Under the pieces are notes generated by a model. The model was given only the letters and a program-made list of their open reading frames with translations, searched no databases and was not told where the DNA came from. From Podarcis liolepis (lineage: Eukaryota), in NCBI GenBank assembly GCA_965112155.1, contig OZ218103.1: a stretch of 64,000 nt of DNA; one strand, written 5' to 3'. Below, piece after piece: positions 1 through 13,722 of the stretch; position 1 is the first letter of the stretch, and each line of letters opens with the position of its first letter. The position numbers were made by a program, and so were the translations under genes.

Positions 1-305
1 AGCTACTTCCCAAGCTGAACACCAGAGTCTGGCGGTGAGTAATATTCTGCTACACAAAGTGTTTGCATGTGAAGCTATAAAATTAACTAGTTCTCCTATC
101 GGGTGACTAGAAGCCTAAGGCTTCTAGTCTTCTTAAGGGTGAGAAAGAGGGCTTGGGGCCACAGATATAGGGGTGTTAGTAAAGTAATTGTAATGATTTT
201 ATATCACTACAGATAGGAACTTTCAATTTGCCTTCCCATGTACTTTTCCTATCCAGGAGACCTTTTAAAGAAACATTATCAAGAGATGTTAACATATAAG
301 AATTA

Positions 306-491
<186 letters not shown>

Positions 492-1105
492 TCAGACAAT
501 AGGAAAGTGACCATAGTCTACCCTCTTGGAGCCAGCCAGCAGCATTGTATCTGTCTCCTTTGCGTACACTCCTTGGGTCACAACACTAATTGCACTTATT
601 TGGAAACATCCGAAACTTCCAACGCAGAGTGACTGCAATGCCAAAATTGGCTTTCACACAATAAACATCTGTCTTTCTGTTCCTTGGAGTAGATGTCTCC
701 AAGTCATCCTAGAAATCTGATTTCTCTAAAACTGTCTAACAGTATTTAAAAAGAAATGAAGCTACTGCTTCTATACCAAAGCAGCTGGCTATACATGGTT
801 CTCCAACATGTATATAAATGGTAAATACAAAGCACTGTCAGGTTTTCTGTGTTTCCTTGTTTAACAGCAGGAAAGTGCTCACCGTACATGTCCAGAATGC
901 CCCTTGCTTAGAAAAGAAAAAAGGGGACTGCTCCTGAAAGTGCGTCAGCATTCATGGATCAAGGCCAAGACGTGCTGGAAGAACATCAGTGCCACCTAAT
1001 AATGCCAAATCTGTTGTACGCCTTAGTTGTGCTTTTTTGAGGAATGTAGGATAAAGTTTCAAGGAATTTTCTAAATTATGCAGAAATGAATTAAGAAGCA
1101 ATATA

Positions 1106-1331
1106 CAGTATCTCAGAAGTCAGACACCTTGCAACTCGAACGTTTTGGCTCCTGAACGCCGCAAACCCGGAAGTGAGCGTTCTGGTTTGCGAACAATCTT
1201 TTGGAACTTGAATGTCCGACACAGCTTCCGATTGGCTACAGGAGATTCCTGCAGCCAATTGAAAGCCATGCCTTGGTTTCCGAATGTTTTGGAAGTCGAA
1301 CGGATTCTGTTCGACTTCCGATGTACGACTG
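1106..1331. mobile_element. Tc1/mariner(pogo)-type MITE
   Basis: Flanked by TA on both sides; degenerate TIR (CAGTATCTCAGAAGTC vs CAGTCGTACATCGGAAGTC); internal motifs shared with 7770-8007. Confidence 0.75.
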
Positions 1332-1432
1332 TACATCGGGGCTGCATGGTGAGAAGGGACTAAAGTAAGTAATCAGACCTGCCACAAGACAATTGATCAA
1401 CATATCTATCATGATCTTTTTTAGGACAATTA

Positions 1433-1633
<201 letters not shown>

Positions 1634-2453
1634 TCACATACATGGAAGACTCCATAGAATTTCTTTAGGCTGTCTCCCCACTAGGACCACACTCCACAAC
1701 CTCCCTTCTCTTCCTCTCTACGTGGACATTTATGCAACTGTCAAGGAGAAGGCAGAGCTGCACAAGGATTGCTTTCAAATGTTGCCTATAGCAGCTCTAA
1801 GGATGCATACAAACAGATCTCAAATTAGGACCCACCACACTCTCATTAAATATGTGTGGCTCCCTCCACACAATGCAGTTGACAGTACTTAGCAAAGATT
1901 CAAATACTGATTCGGTCTGACGCCTACCCCTACTTGTTGGTGGGCACTGACCTCTAGTTTTTAGGTATCACATAGACATGTTTACCTAGGAATAAGTCCC
2001 ATTGAACTCAACAGGGCTTTCTTCGGAGCAAACATGTATTATGTACTGCTATTCAGTGAAATGTCTGCCTTTAAAAAAAAAGTGAATCTTTTTTTAGAGA
2101 TGTTCTGTCCTGGGAAGGGGAGATTACTACATCACATGTTCCATTCAATCAAAAGTGTGCACCTCTTGCTTCTGCTGTTAACTCACAGAACCACTTTGCT
2201 TCAGAGAGTAAAACTTGGCGAATGTGCTTCTACACACTCAAATTACTTGCATTTGTACACACTCTGTTAGCCACTACTTCAATAATACTGTCCTCTTAGT
2301 TCTTCAATACAAAACAAGTTATTTATATACACTATTATTACTGTTTATATGCAATATATGTTCAGAACCCATTTTTGACAATGTTTTTTAAAATAAGCAA
2401 GTCTTAATGGTTGTACTCATGGACCTTTGCGATCAAGACACTGACAGGACCTA

Positions 2454-2615
<162 letters not shown>

Positions 2616-2713
2616 CTAAGGAAACGAACACAGGAAAATTTAAGAAGAGCATCAGGGATTTCCCTTTTCATTGTGATTACGAGAAAATTTAATTTAGACT
2701 CCTAAATAAAGGG

Positions 2714-2772
2714 AGAATCAGAATTGTAGAGTTGGAAGGGACCCATCTAGTCCAACCCCCTGCAGTGCAGGG
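2714..2772 (-). mobile_element. CR1 LINE 3'-end fragment
   Basis: Reverse complement of the CR1-like 3' end at 35985-36070 (tgcaggg..ttggactagatg..cccttccaa.tctacaattct). Confidence 0.6.
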
Positions 2773-3118
2773 ATATGCAACTGTCCCATATCATGCAGGG
2801 AATCAAACCTGCAACCTTGGTGTAACCAACTGAGCTATACAGGTGTGTTGATTTTTCTTTTTCCCAGTTGCTAGATGCAAAGTACTACCGAAAAAATTAG
2901 AGCAGTTTCCCAGCAATAGTAATCATCAGTATCAAAACCTTACACCTGAAATAAAAGCTCCTCCTCTCAGGCTTTTGCAGTAAAAGCAGCTTTGTAAATG
3001 CATCTAAAACATATGCCAATCAATAATCAGCAAGCTGAAACTTTACTGAGCGCATTATTTTTTATGTTAATCATTCCCCCTCTATTTCTGGCATTTCTGC
3101 CTCTTAAATTTACAGTTA

Positions 3119-3394
<276 letters not shown>

Positions 3395-3891
3395 CTAGTA
3401 GGAATACACTGCAGAATAGTCACCAGCCAACTAGCAACCGCGCATGGCCCTCATTCACTCGTGACGCTGCTCCTGCTGCAGAATTTTTATGTTTGTGAGC
3501 GAGCAGCAAGGGGCATCAACCAAGAGACAGAACAAGGCCTACACCAGTGGAAAGCACAAGCTTGCTGCCATTTTGTCCTCCGCACTCTGAACTTAAATCT
3601 GAGAGCCAGTTGCAAAGATACAAAAGTCGGTGAAAGCAGACAACTCTTGCCTCAGTCTCCCTGGTGAAAATTGTCTAAAAACTGATACCTGATACCTGTA
3701 TCTAGACTGAGAGAGGCGTGTGGATAAGGTCAGGGAGATCCTGAGATAAATGGCCCTAGTGCAGCATCATCTTAGCCACTCAATTTATTTTCTGGAACCA
3801 TAGTGTGTAGCTATGCACAAGCCAGGAACAGGGGCACTTCTCACACTAGATACAGGAATGTCCAACTTGATACTTATTTTTAGCTTCTTAC

Positions 3892-3981
3892 CTTGTTGGC
3901 ATCTAATTTACATTTGTCGACAGGGTTAGAGTCCTTAATCACTTCGACAACATCTTCACCAAACCTTTCTCCATAAAAACC
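3892..3981 (-). CDS. DOCK7: DOCK7 exon (90 nt), DHR-2
   Basis: tttcag|GGT...AAG|gtaaga; [30 protein letters not shown]. Confidence 0.96.
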
Positions 3982-4329
3982 CTGAAAATGATCAACAAGA
4001 TATTGTAAAGTGCAATCTGGAGCAAAGTTTTAAAGGAAGGGTTGGCACATAATGTTAGCAGAATCACATGAAAAACAGGACTATGGCTGTGGTGTGGGCT
4101 ATGCCTGCATAACTTTGGGGAACAATTTTTTGGGGGGGCAGGAAAAATAATAACGTGGGGGGGGGAGTCTGCCTCTAAGTATTTTGTCAATGTGGACAAA
4201 TCCCATCATTTTATCATACACTGGACAGTGTGTGCAGCAAAACAAGTTTAAAAGACCACACATTACACACTAACACACACACTAAGCCAAGATATGAGTG
4301 AGCTTTGTTCCCAGAGTGCAACTGTTTTG

Positions 4330-4654
4330 TTCTTTCATTCATGAGTGTAACGATTTAGTCTTAATTAACAGTAGTTAATAAACTATATATGTAACTCTCT
4401 TCAAGCTGAGAAACTATAGTTAATGATTCCTAAACATGCCAGGGTCCTAAGCCAATGTTAAACCAAGGCTTTGTATTCTGGCTTGTTTGGAAGCTCGAAA
4501 CCATCAGTTCCCAGTTGGAATGTAAGGGGAAACTATAGCTAACTGAAACTTCCTGACTTGCACGAAGCAAAAGGTGAAGCCGCCGTCTGTGGGTGCATGA
4601 GGCTCATTCACATCTCAGCTTATTAAGCCAAGGTATGGTTGTCTGAATGCAACC
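4330..4654. mobile_element. Degenerate palindrome-rich non-autonomous DNA element (possibly Harbinger-like); relatives near 12280-12470, 35030-35300, 37160-37380
   Basis: Recurring AAACTATAGTT / AACCATGGTT / TAAGCCA motifs; end GTCTGAATGCAACCC; boundaries approximate. Confidence 0.45.
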
Positions 4655-4971
4655 CCATGGCTGAGAACTGGGCTAATCTTGGTACAAGATAAACCTGAGC
4701 CTACATTTACCTTGTGGAGGTTTAAAAAGTAAAGTAAACAGGGCTCCTATCTTTGATTGCTCTTTGTGAATGATTGGAAATTACTTGGCCTGAAGGGTCC
4801 CTTTCACCCATGTACTGAGCCACAATCCTATTCATGGCTGTCTTGCATATGTGAATGCTACAGCTTATGTGGACAGGACCAAAGGTCAGGTGAACACAGG
4901 TTTTTGTTTGTTTGTTTGTTTTGTTTTTTTGCAGGGGGGGGAAATAAAGTAATCCCTGAACTTGACTCTTT

Positions 4972-5366
4972 TTATAATTACAATTACAATTATTTATTAC
5001 TTATACCCCACCCATCCAACTGGGTTGCCCCAGCCACTTTGGCCAGCCCTCCAACACATTAAGACATCAAACATAAAAAGCTTCCTGATAAAGGGCTGCC
5101 TTCATAAAGTTGTGTAATTATTTACTTATTTGACATCTGACGGGAAGGCATTCCACAGGGAAAGGGCCACTACCAAGAAGGCTCTCTGCATGGTTCCCTG
5201 TAACCTCAATTCTCATGATGAGGGAACCACCAGAAGGCCCTCGGAACTGCACTTCAGGGCCTGGGCTGAACGATGGGGGTGGAGATGCTCCTTCAGGTAT
5301 ACAGGGCCGAGGGCTTTAAAGGTCAGCACCAACACTTTGAATTGCATTTGGAAACATACTGGGAGC
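4972..5366 (-). mobile_element. L2-clade LINE 3' fragment
   Basis: Minus-strand ORF remnant [28 protein letters not shown]...LLVVP plus an AT-rich tail; homologous to 24145-24396 and 32510-32815. Confidence 0.8.
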
Positions 5367-5403
5367 TCCCTGAAAGCCCATGTAACTACAGGATTGTATT
5401 TTA

Positions 5404-5559
<156 letters not shown>

Positions 5560-7769
5560 CTAGGTGCAGAAAAACGAATAGCATTTCAATACAAAAGCCC
5601 CGTCACATCTTTTCATTGCTTTTAACACTCCCTTTGAACACAATGCCATGCAGGAACAAACAAACCAACAAGTCGGACTAAAGAGAATTGTAAACCAGTT
5701 ACAGCAAAAAAAGGGGGGGCACACTAAAATTTAAACCACACACTTACGAGATTTATGGGAAAGCTAGCCTCAATCATGCAATGGGATAAAAATCAGTAGC
5801 TCGGCATAAGAACGGGACCACTTTAGCTAGCCTAATAGGTTTAGAAAGCAATGCTGGCAATAGTCAAGAAAGCAACCTTACAGAAAGGAACACTGTCGTG
5901 GCTATTTGCTTTCTTGACACTGGTGGAGCAGCACAGATTTACCACTGGTTAGGTTGGTGTCACTCTGAGTTTGGACCAAGCCAAATTTCCAACACCTAGC
6001 GGGTTCGGATCACTCAAGAATCATTAGGGATTCTTGCTGGACTTCACAGTTTACTTGCATGCTTCCGTTCTCTGGGACTGTGGCCTAAAATATGGCATGG
6101 ACTATGTCATCACCAGAGCAGAATGCTGAAATAATAAATGTGGGGAATAATTGGTGTTATCTAATTTGCTCTTTGCAGCTCATCATTTAAGAAAATGGGA
6201 ATAAAATGGGTTTAAGGGGTGGAGACGGTGCCTTGGATAGAATAACTTTCCCCCGCATTTGGTGTGTGGACTGTGAGAGACTGCACAGTGGTATAGCATT
6301 ATATTGTCACCACATCATGCCCTCTCGTGGTTTCTTCTATATGTGATGGCATCAGTGTGATTAGTGCTATGGAAACTAGACTACCGTATGTTTCATTCTG
6401 TTCTCTAATAGAGATGAAAGCAGGATCAGGTGGCAACCACTAAACTTTCCTGTAGCCACAGTCCATGAGAACATATTTCGCATGCTGCTGTAAAATGTTA
6501 GTGCCACTGGGATCTCTTGTTTTTCCAATGGTACAATTTGCAGAACAAACACTGTAAAGGAGACCTGGTATCGCATCTCCATGCAACTGTATGGATCACT
6601 CTGACAATTCACAAATTTTCGAATGCCAATCCATCCTTTCTGCTAGGAAAGCCTCCCAGCTTCCTCTCCCACTTTTCTTTTGGGAGTCTTTGAGATGCAG
6701 AGTCGTGTCTCAACTCTCAACCTATTCACACCCCCTCTATAGTAGGGGAAGTGACTTCCCAGCGATTCAAAACAGACAAGTTGTTTTGAGCACATAATTT
6801 CTGGGGTGAACCATAGTGCTAAACTGCATTCTTCTGGCATATACAGATGCTCCTGTATTAAGATTCCAAGCAGCTGCTTCCATTTGGCTCAGTGGTAAAC
6901 TGAGCCGTCTGAACACACCCAACACTTGTGGCAATAAAACTGGGAGGTGGTGCACACTTATGTGGAAGGCAAAAATGTAAACTGAAAGATAAGAGAGCAG
7001 CAAATTGTTTGAAATGGAAGCCACCAAATCTGCAGTTTCTTTCCACCAAGTCACAACTGAAAGAATTCACACTGCATGCACATAGTCACAAATATAAGCT
7101 GAGAAAAGTACTCCAAATGTTCACCTTTACTCTCATGGCACAGTTATGCTGCAGCACTCAGAATTATATATAAAAAAGGAGCAATGTGATGCACTAGCTG
7201 TTGAACTTTGCATCCCACCCTATCCTTGGTGTCTCTGGGCCAGTAACACGTTTCAAAAGATGCTTAACAGGAAAAAAGAAGAGGATTAAAATAGATAAAC
7301 AAAGCCTTCCTCACTAGCTTCCAATTCTAGCTTGAACAGAAAGGATGGACAGCGATTTGGGATAATGCTCTGGGGCCTGGGCCCGGGGGAAACATCATCC
7401 AGGGAGACCGTGCAAGAAGAAATTGTCCACCTATGTTAACGGTCAGGATGGGCACACAAAAGAGAAACAAAAGCTCTAAGAACATACAAGGATAAAACTC
7501 TTTAGGGCCTCGTAAGTCATAATCTGCGTCTCTAATTGTTACTGAAATATCAAAATGTTGGTGTAGGTCTGGGAGCAACAGTAACCCATTCCTATCAAGT
7601 GGTAGTAATCCTCATCTTCATCATTCCCAGGTGACGATGAATCCCCAGGTCTCAGGTAGCGTGCATTATTACTACAGTCAAACTTGGAGAGCACAAAGAC
7701 ATTTCTTGTGGTTGTTATTTTGTAACCTGAGAAAAAAAGTGCACATTCTCTAAATGGAGTTATCAAGTA

Positions 7770-8007
7770 CAGTGGAAGCTTGGTTCCCGAACGGTTTAGT
7801 TGCCGAACAAATTGCCCTCCAAACGCTGCAAACCCAGAAGTGTTCCGGTTTGCAAATGTTTTTCGGAAGTCGAACATCCGACGCGGCTTCTGCTTGAGTG
7901 CAGGAAGCTCCTGCAGCCAACTGGAACCTGCACCTTGGTTTTCGAATGGTTTCAGGAGTCAAACAGGCTCCCGGAACAGATTAAGTTCAAGAACCAAGGT
8001 ACCACCG
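7770..8007. mobile_element. Tc1/mariner(pogo)-type MITE
   Basis: TA|CAGTGGAAGCTTGGTTC ... GAACCAAGGTACCACCG|TA; same family as 1106-1331. Confidence 0.8.
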
Positions 8008-8879
8008 TACTCTTTGGGTCCACCAGTCCAGCAAAAGTCTGCAGACTTTATGTATTGCATTTATATGCCACTTTTCCCTCCAAGGAGCTCCAGGCTAAAA
8101 GGCAGAGAATGGCCCAGAGTCACCCAGTGAGCTTCATGGCCAAATGGGGATTTAAACCTGATCTTCCAGGTCTGATATTTCTGACCCTCCCAGATCATAG
8201 AGCCTACCAATCAACTCAGTCTTTTCTGGATTCAGCTTCAAACACCTTCTCCACATCCCTCCCTATATCCTGGACAGACACTGCCAAACCAGAATTTTAG
8301 CACCCAGGTTGATTAGAGAAATAAATAATGCCATCAGGACACTCCATTTTCATGATGTTGCCCCATACATCCAGCAGAATAGGATGACAGAGTAAAATGC
8401 TACTGGACCTTATAGAAAAGGTCCTGAGAAGATGAGGAGTCACCACCCCTTACCATTCTCTGACTGCCTAGCCTGGACTACTGAAGAGCAGTCCTGCGAA
8501 CACCTGCCTATGCTTGCAATAACGCCAACCTCTCATGTGACATTGCTCTTCAATGACAGGTAATCTGCTGTGGCCATAAACAAAGATTCTGATAGTTAAC
8601 TAGATTGGTCAATACCCAGGACAGAAACTGGAACAGGCCCATGAACTGCCCAAGGGAGGTGGAAACAGCTAACGGACTACTTACACGACCCTAAGGAAAA
8701 AGTAGAAGTTGCAGAATGGGCAGGAAGTCAGTGTTGGGAAGACTACAGATTAATTTCCCCAGTCTTGGAATAGTAGCACAGACAACTTCAGTCTGTGTTA
8801 ATCCCAACTGGCCTATATAAAAACAAGGTTGACTCAAGTAAGCTACCAGAGTTGACGTCCCTCAGCATATCCTCTATAC

Positions 8880-9211
8880 CAGGGGTCTGCAACCCGCGGC
8901 TCCGGAGCCGCATGTGGCTCTTTTACACCTTTGCCGCGGCTCCGGGGCGGATACTAGCGAGGGGAGGAGGCGCATTGTGCGCCCCGAGACTCCCCACTGT
9001 GGCGGGCGCTGTACTGGCTGTGACGTCGCATGGGGGCGGTGCGTGCGTTAGTCACGCACCGTCCCGACGTCACCTTCCCGCCCGCTGTCAGATCGTGGCT
9101 CCGGAGATATATTTGTTTTAAATGTCGCAATGGTTTTGCGGCTCCCAGTTTTTTTCCCCTTCGGAAACGGGTCCAAGTGGCTCTTTTTGTCTTAAAGGTT
9201 GCAGACCCCTG
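8880..9211. mobile_element. Young non-autonomous hAT element
   Basis: Perfect 15-bp TIR CAGGGGTCTGCAACC; perfect 8-bp TSD CTCTATAC (8872-8879 and 9212-9219); very CpG-rich. Confidence 0.93.
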
Positions 9212-12200
9212 CTCTATACCAGTGGATGGTATCAAGTTTTCCATGAAAATTGAGAAAGACCCTCAAACACATTTCAGCCACTCTGATGTCCTCTCTAAGT
9301 TAAGTGCCTGGGTTGCATTTAAGCTTATATTCATAATTATATGTGTATCCTACAACTGTGGAACATTCTTCTCTCTCTCTCTGAACACTGGTACCTTAAG
9401 TCTTTCATCCACATAAATGCACTTACTGTTATTCTCAATGACAATCCAAAGCATTAGAAGTCACTCAGGGCCACTGTGTACATGATGTTTCTTGGACAGT
9501 GATATTGCTTCCATTTGCAGGGGAAAGGCATGTACACTGACCGCCATTGGCAGAAAACACACATACTTAGCTTGGCACATGCAGTGGGAATCACAGCTGC
9601 TTCTGAACACACACAACATGTGGCAAAATAGACAACACGTGCATAATTCACTTATGAATTATGTGCATCATAAGAACCTTGTAGGAAAGTGTAAAGTATG
9701 CAATGTTCCGTAAAAGCGACAATGAACTTGATAAAAAAGACTGAAGGACAACAGGTAATTTTATGGCTGACAGTGCTTGTCCACACATGAGCAGGCACCT
9801 TCTAAATCTCTGCAACTCTCTCTAGGCTTTTAGAGAACCCAACTTGCTCTCCTGGAGACTCCCCCTCCACATATGCCACAAACTTTAGGGTTCTCCTTGA
9901 TTTTTGTAATAGGAAAAGTAAGCTGTTTGGCTTAGGCAGCATTGTCTGCTAATTGCGCTAACTTCCATTAATAATCTTGGCAACATCATGAGACACTTAA
10001 GGAAACTTATGTAATGAATCAAAAGTACTATTACGACAGGAGTTTCAAATAAATAAGCATCATTCTAAGCTTTAACAATGGTCACCTAAGACAAATTAGG
10101 AGGTGGTGTTTATAACGAAGGTTCTTTCCATTTAGCTTCCATTAATTTGTGGGGAGGGGAATGGGGGGGTGTTGATGGATCAATGCCTAGGAAGATTTTG
10201 GGGAAATGTCAACCCAGAGCATGCTGGAATGTGTGCAACACAAGAACCAAAGCACGAAGTTCCATTAACAACAGGCAAAAGATGGGGACATCAATAACAT
10301 CATATGTCATCATGTTATTGTTCCAAGTGTGTTCTGAATACATGAAGGCTCTATAATTTTGCCCAAAGGTTTTCGCAGAAATCAAAACCCTTGCTTTCAA
10401 GCAAACAAAACAAATTAAAACTCCATGGTCTTTGTTTCTGAGAGGTGCTAAAATGCAGTTATGAGAAAGGAAGTTATTATAAAGCATTTAAATCTATTAT
10501 TTTGAGAAAAATAATAGCTCCTTGGTAGGCAAAGAGAATGAAGGTGAACACTGTAGAGTCATTACAGAACTGGCAGAGCAGGTATAACAGCCGTCATGAC
10601 TTATGAAGGGTTCATAATATGTTGTTATGCATGGTAAATATCTGTTGGGTACAAAGTTTTAAGAGGCTCCTTCTGCACATGAACCAAAACCTTTGCCAAC
10701 TGGATTTACTTAGCCAAAACCAACAAAAATTGTCGCCGAATTTGGCCCTGCTGTTATCCACAGGGAAGTGCAAATAGGCCCAAGGCCGTCTGATCAGAGT
10801 CAATAATGCCACATTTTTCATTGCAGTGAAATGGCTAACCCAGCATTTGAATTCGTAACATCAGAGTTGAAGAAGCCAAAAGGCCTACTTAAGTTCAACC
10901 CCCTTTCCATGAGGAAAAACCACTCCTCCACGAACATTTAACTTTAGGAGTTAGCTGGGAAGTTTTTTCCATACAAACCTAATTGGGATTGATTTGTGTG
11001 GCGTTTCATAAACCCCTGAGCTGGCACAAGTCATTGGTAAAATGAAATTATTGGGGGATGCCATGGGAGTTTTAAAAAAAAAATCACCAACAACTTAGTA
11101 GGAACTTACCACAACAGACAATAGTAAAAGTGGGGAGTAGGATCAGCAACCAGGGCAATAGAGGAGAAAACAGAAAGTATTTTGATTAGGGAAAATCCAA
11201 AACAAATAAGCAGCATTTGGCAGCAAATAAACAAAACAAAAAAAGTATTTTAAAAACTGGAACTGGGTAAATAACATGCAATGGGTATTAAAAGGCCACA
11301 CAGAAGGAAAATGTCCAGCAAGAGGAAAGTTCAAGTGCAAAGCAGTGGACAAGAACATAAACCATGGGTGTGTTTTACCATGCAATAGAACATTACTGAA
11401 TAATGTTAAAATTGTAACTGATGACAGGATATACTTCAGGGGTCGATTTAGCATCACACACATTGATCAGAAAAGATGCTCGCAGGCTGTCGTCCCATTA
11501 ATGGAACAGCCACAAACTGCCTTTTGCCATGGTTTTGTGCCAATTTTAACACCGCCAGGGAAACCCTTCGGGGGAGGTGAATCATGGTGCAGTTGACAGA
11601 AGCAACCAAACTGTATGGGTGCCACTTCAAGCAAGCGCTTGAGCTAAATGGAGAGTCTGTGTGACATGAACTTTGCCTTTCGGTTAAAGTGGGCATTGTA
11701 AAAGGCTGCACATGCTTGGGCCAGCTCCCAGGTGGTACAAAAATGCACACCGGCTCCAAAACTGATTTTGGGTCCCCAAGCCTCTCGTTGCAGATGGCGG
11801 GTCATGGAATTAGCACTCTTGATATGACATGCCTTGATGACGTTTTGACTTGTCTGTAATTGCTCTTCTGAACCAAAGCTCTAAACAAGAGAGCCGGACT
11901 CTTATCTGATAGAGCAACATAATCAGAGAAAATCAGAAGCAAAAATCAGCACTTGTACAGCTTTTGGGGAGGTGGAATCCAAAAACTATTCACATATTTA
12001 CTAACAACAACAAGAGAATGCAAAACACACATATTTCAGCTACGTACCAAATTCTTAAAATTCCTTACAAAATTGGTCTGCGTTGGTGTATATAAAGTAT
12101 ATGTATTTGGAAACATTTCTATTGTTTTTAAATGAGGATGGAGGTTTGATTGGGACATATTAGACACAACTGTAAGGAAATTAGAAGGAAATTAGAGGTA

Positions 12201-13707
12201 CTCCCACTGAAATCAGAAGGGCTTACCTACTTAAGTGCCCTGTATCACCAATTATTTCAACGGGAATCTGATTTTGGATGAGTTCACACAGAGCTTTATG
12301 CCATGGTTAACATAAGCCGGGGTTTCTAAACAAAAAGCACACCATGGCTTATTAGCATAATTTGCTTGTGGTTAATAAACCATGATTAAGCTGCTGGGCG
12401 GGGTTCAGGCGAGAAAATTAAACCATGATTTATTAAACCATGTCTTAGTGTTATGTGCAAACCATGCCACTCTCAAGAATGTGCCTGTCCTGCGACAAAA
12501 AATGAAGGTGTCCGCCTTCAAACTTATCTATTTAGTGTCTTGGATATTTGTTGCAGTATTTTCCATTATAACTATTTCTCAACAGACAGCCATCTTAGGC
12601 CGTTGCAGCAAAAAGAACCAAGAATCTTGAGACGTCTGAAAAATAAATGTGCAAGTCTTTAAGGGGCATGATCATCTAAAAGGCAGTTGGGCTGGAAATT
12701 TGCTCAGTATGATGGGCCATATTAGAACCATATCAGTAACTTCCAAAAAGCTAATCAAATAACACAAAAGGGGTCTTTCTGCTTTTTATCAAAGTCTAAC
12801 CACAAATCTCAAAGGCAGAATTCTAAGGTTTCGGAAGGTAGTGGACTGTCCAGGAAGCAAGGGAACTGTACAACCTCTAAGCTTGCTTCATGAAGCTTAG
12901 GAAATCTTTTCAGCAAAACAAAGGCTGAGGCAGAGTCCCTATTTCATATAATTATCTGAAAACCCTCCCACAATGCCAGATGAAACTGGCATTCTTATAC
13001 AAGCCAGGGCAAGGTTGGTGGATTGTATCTCCCACAAGATCTTCAAGGATTATTTTCATGGTTTGGGTCCAGACATACATCAGAATCAGCTGTATTAGGT
13101 CACTGAACAGCTGCAGAGGAATTTGAATTTTGTACATCTCAGAATCAAAACAAAGGACTCTATCTTGGCACCCAGTTGAAGACCATTGACCTAATTCTTA
13201 AGAGATTTGAGAGCTGGGACTAAACTCAAGTTCATTTCACTCTTGCTCAGAGCTTAATGTAGCAAAAGACTATTAATACTACAGTTATACGTTAGGATAC
13301 GAGTGAACGTCTTTCTAACGGGAAACAGTTTTTTGCATTCAAGGTCTTTGAGCATTAGAACTTAAATCGACCCCTGTGTTGGGGGGTGAAAATATGGTAG
13401 GAAGAAATGGTATTCTGTGTCAATATTGATGAGAAATGGAATACAAAAATAACAAACTAGTGATGGTAAAAAGTGGCTCATTCACCAAAGAACCTCATTA
13501 GTGTCATAATACAAATGCATTCATGCACTACCTAAATTGTCTAAAATGACCACAACAGTTTGACTGGTATTTCTTTGGTTAATTAATTCAGGTCAATAGC
13601 AGACAGCAACAGAAATACCCACAGCTAGCACATGTGGGCAAAGCATTGGCAAGAGTCATCATCAGACCAATCTATTAGTGTTCTTTACTAACTAAAACAT
13701 TACCTAC

Positions 13708-13722
13708 CTCCCAGCCAGTACT
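13708..13722 (-). CDS. DOCK7: DOCK7 15-nt microexon (STGWE)
   Basis: Long U-rich tract, then tacacag|AGTACTGGCTGGGAG|gtaggt; phase 0/0; gives KIVHQ-STGWE-RMFGTYF as recalled for vertebrate DOCK7. Invisible to the ORF track. Confidence 0.92.

Noticed and set aside
7539-7877. 112-aa minus-strand ORF and a good-looking acceptor (ttttttctcag|GTT at 7726)
   Set aside because: The ORF starts inside a MITE. In the DOCK7 frame the acceptor gives VTK* immediately, and no convincing donor was found.
8795-9416. GC-rich ORFs and apparent CpG-island promoter
   Set aside because: Entirely explained by the young hAT element at 8880-9211.
11143-11905. About 150-codon minus-strand frame broken by a single TGA, plus overlapping ORFs
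   Set aside because: No recognisable protein, wrong phase for DOCK7, and no evidence of a SECIS; chance open frames are expected.
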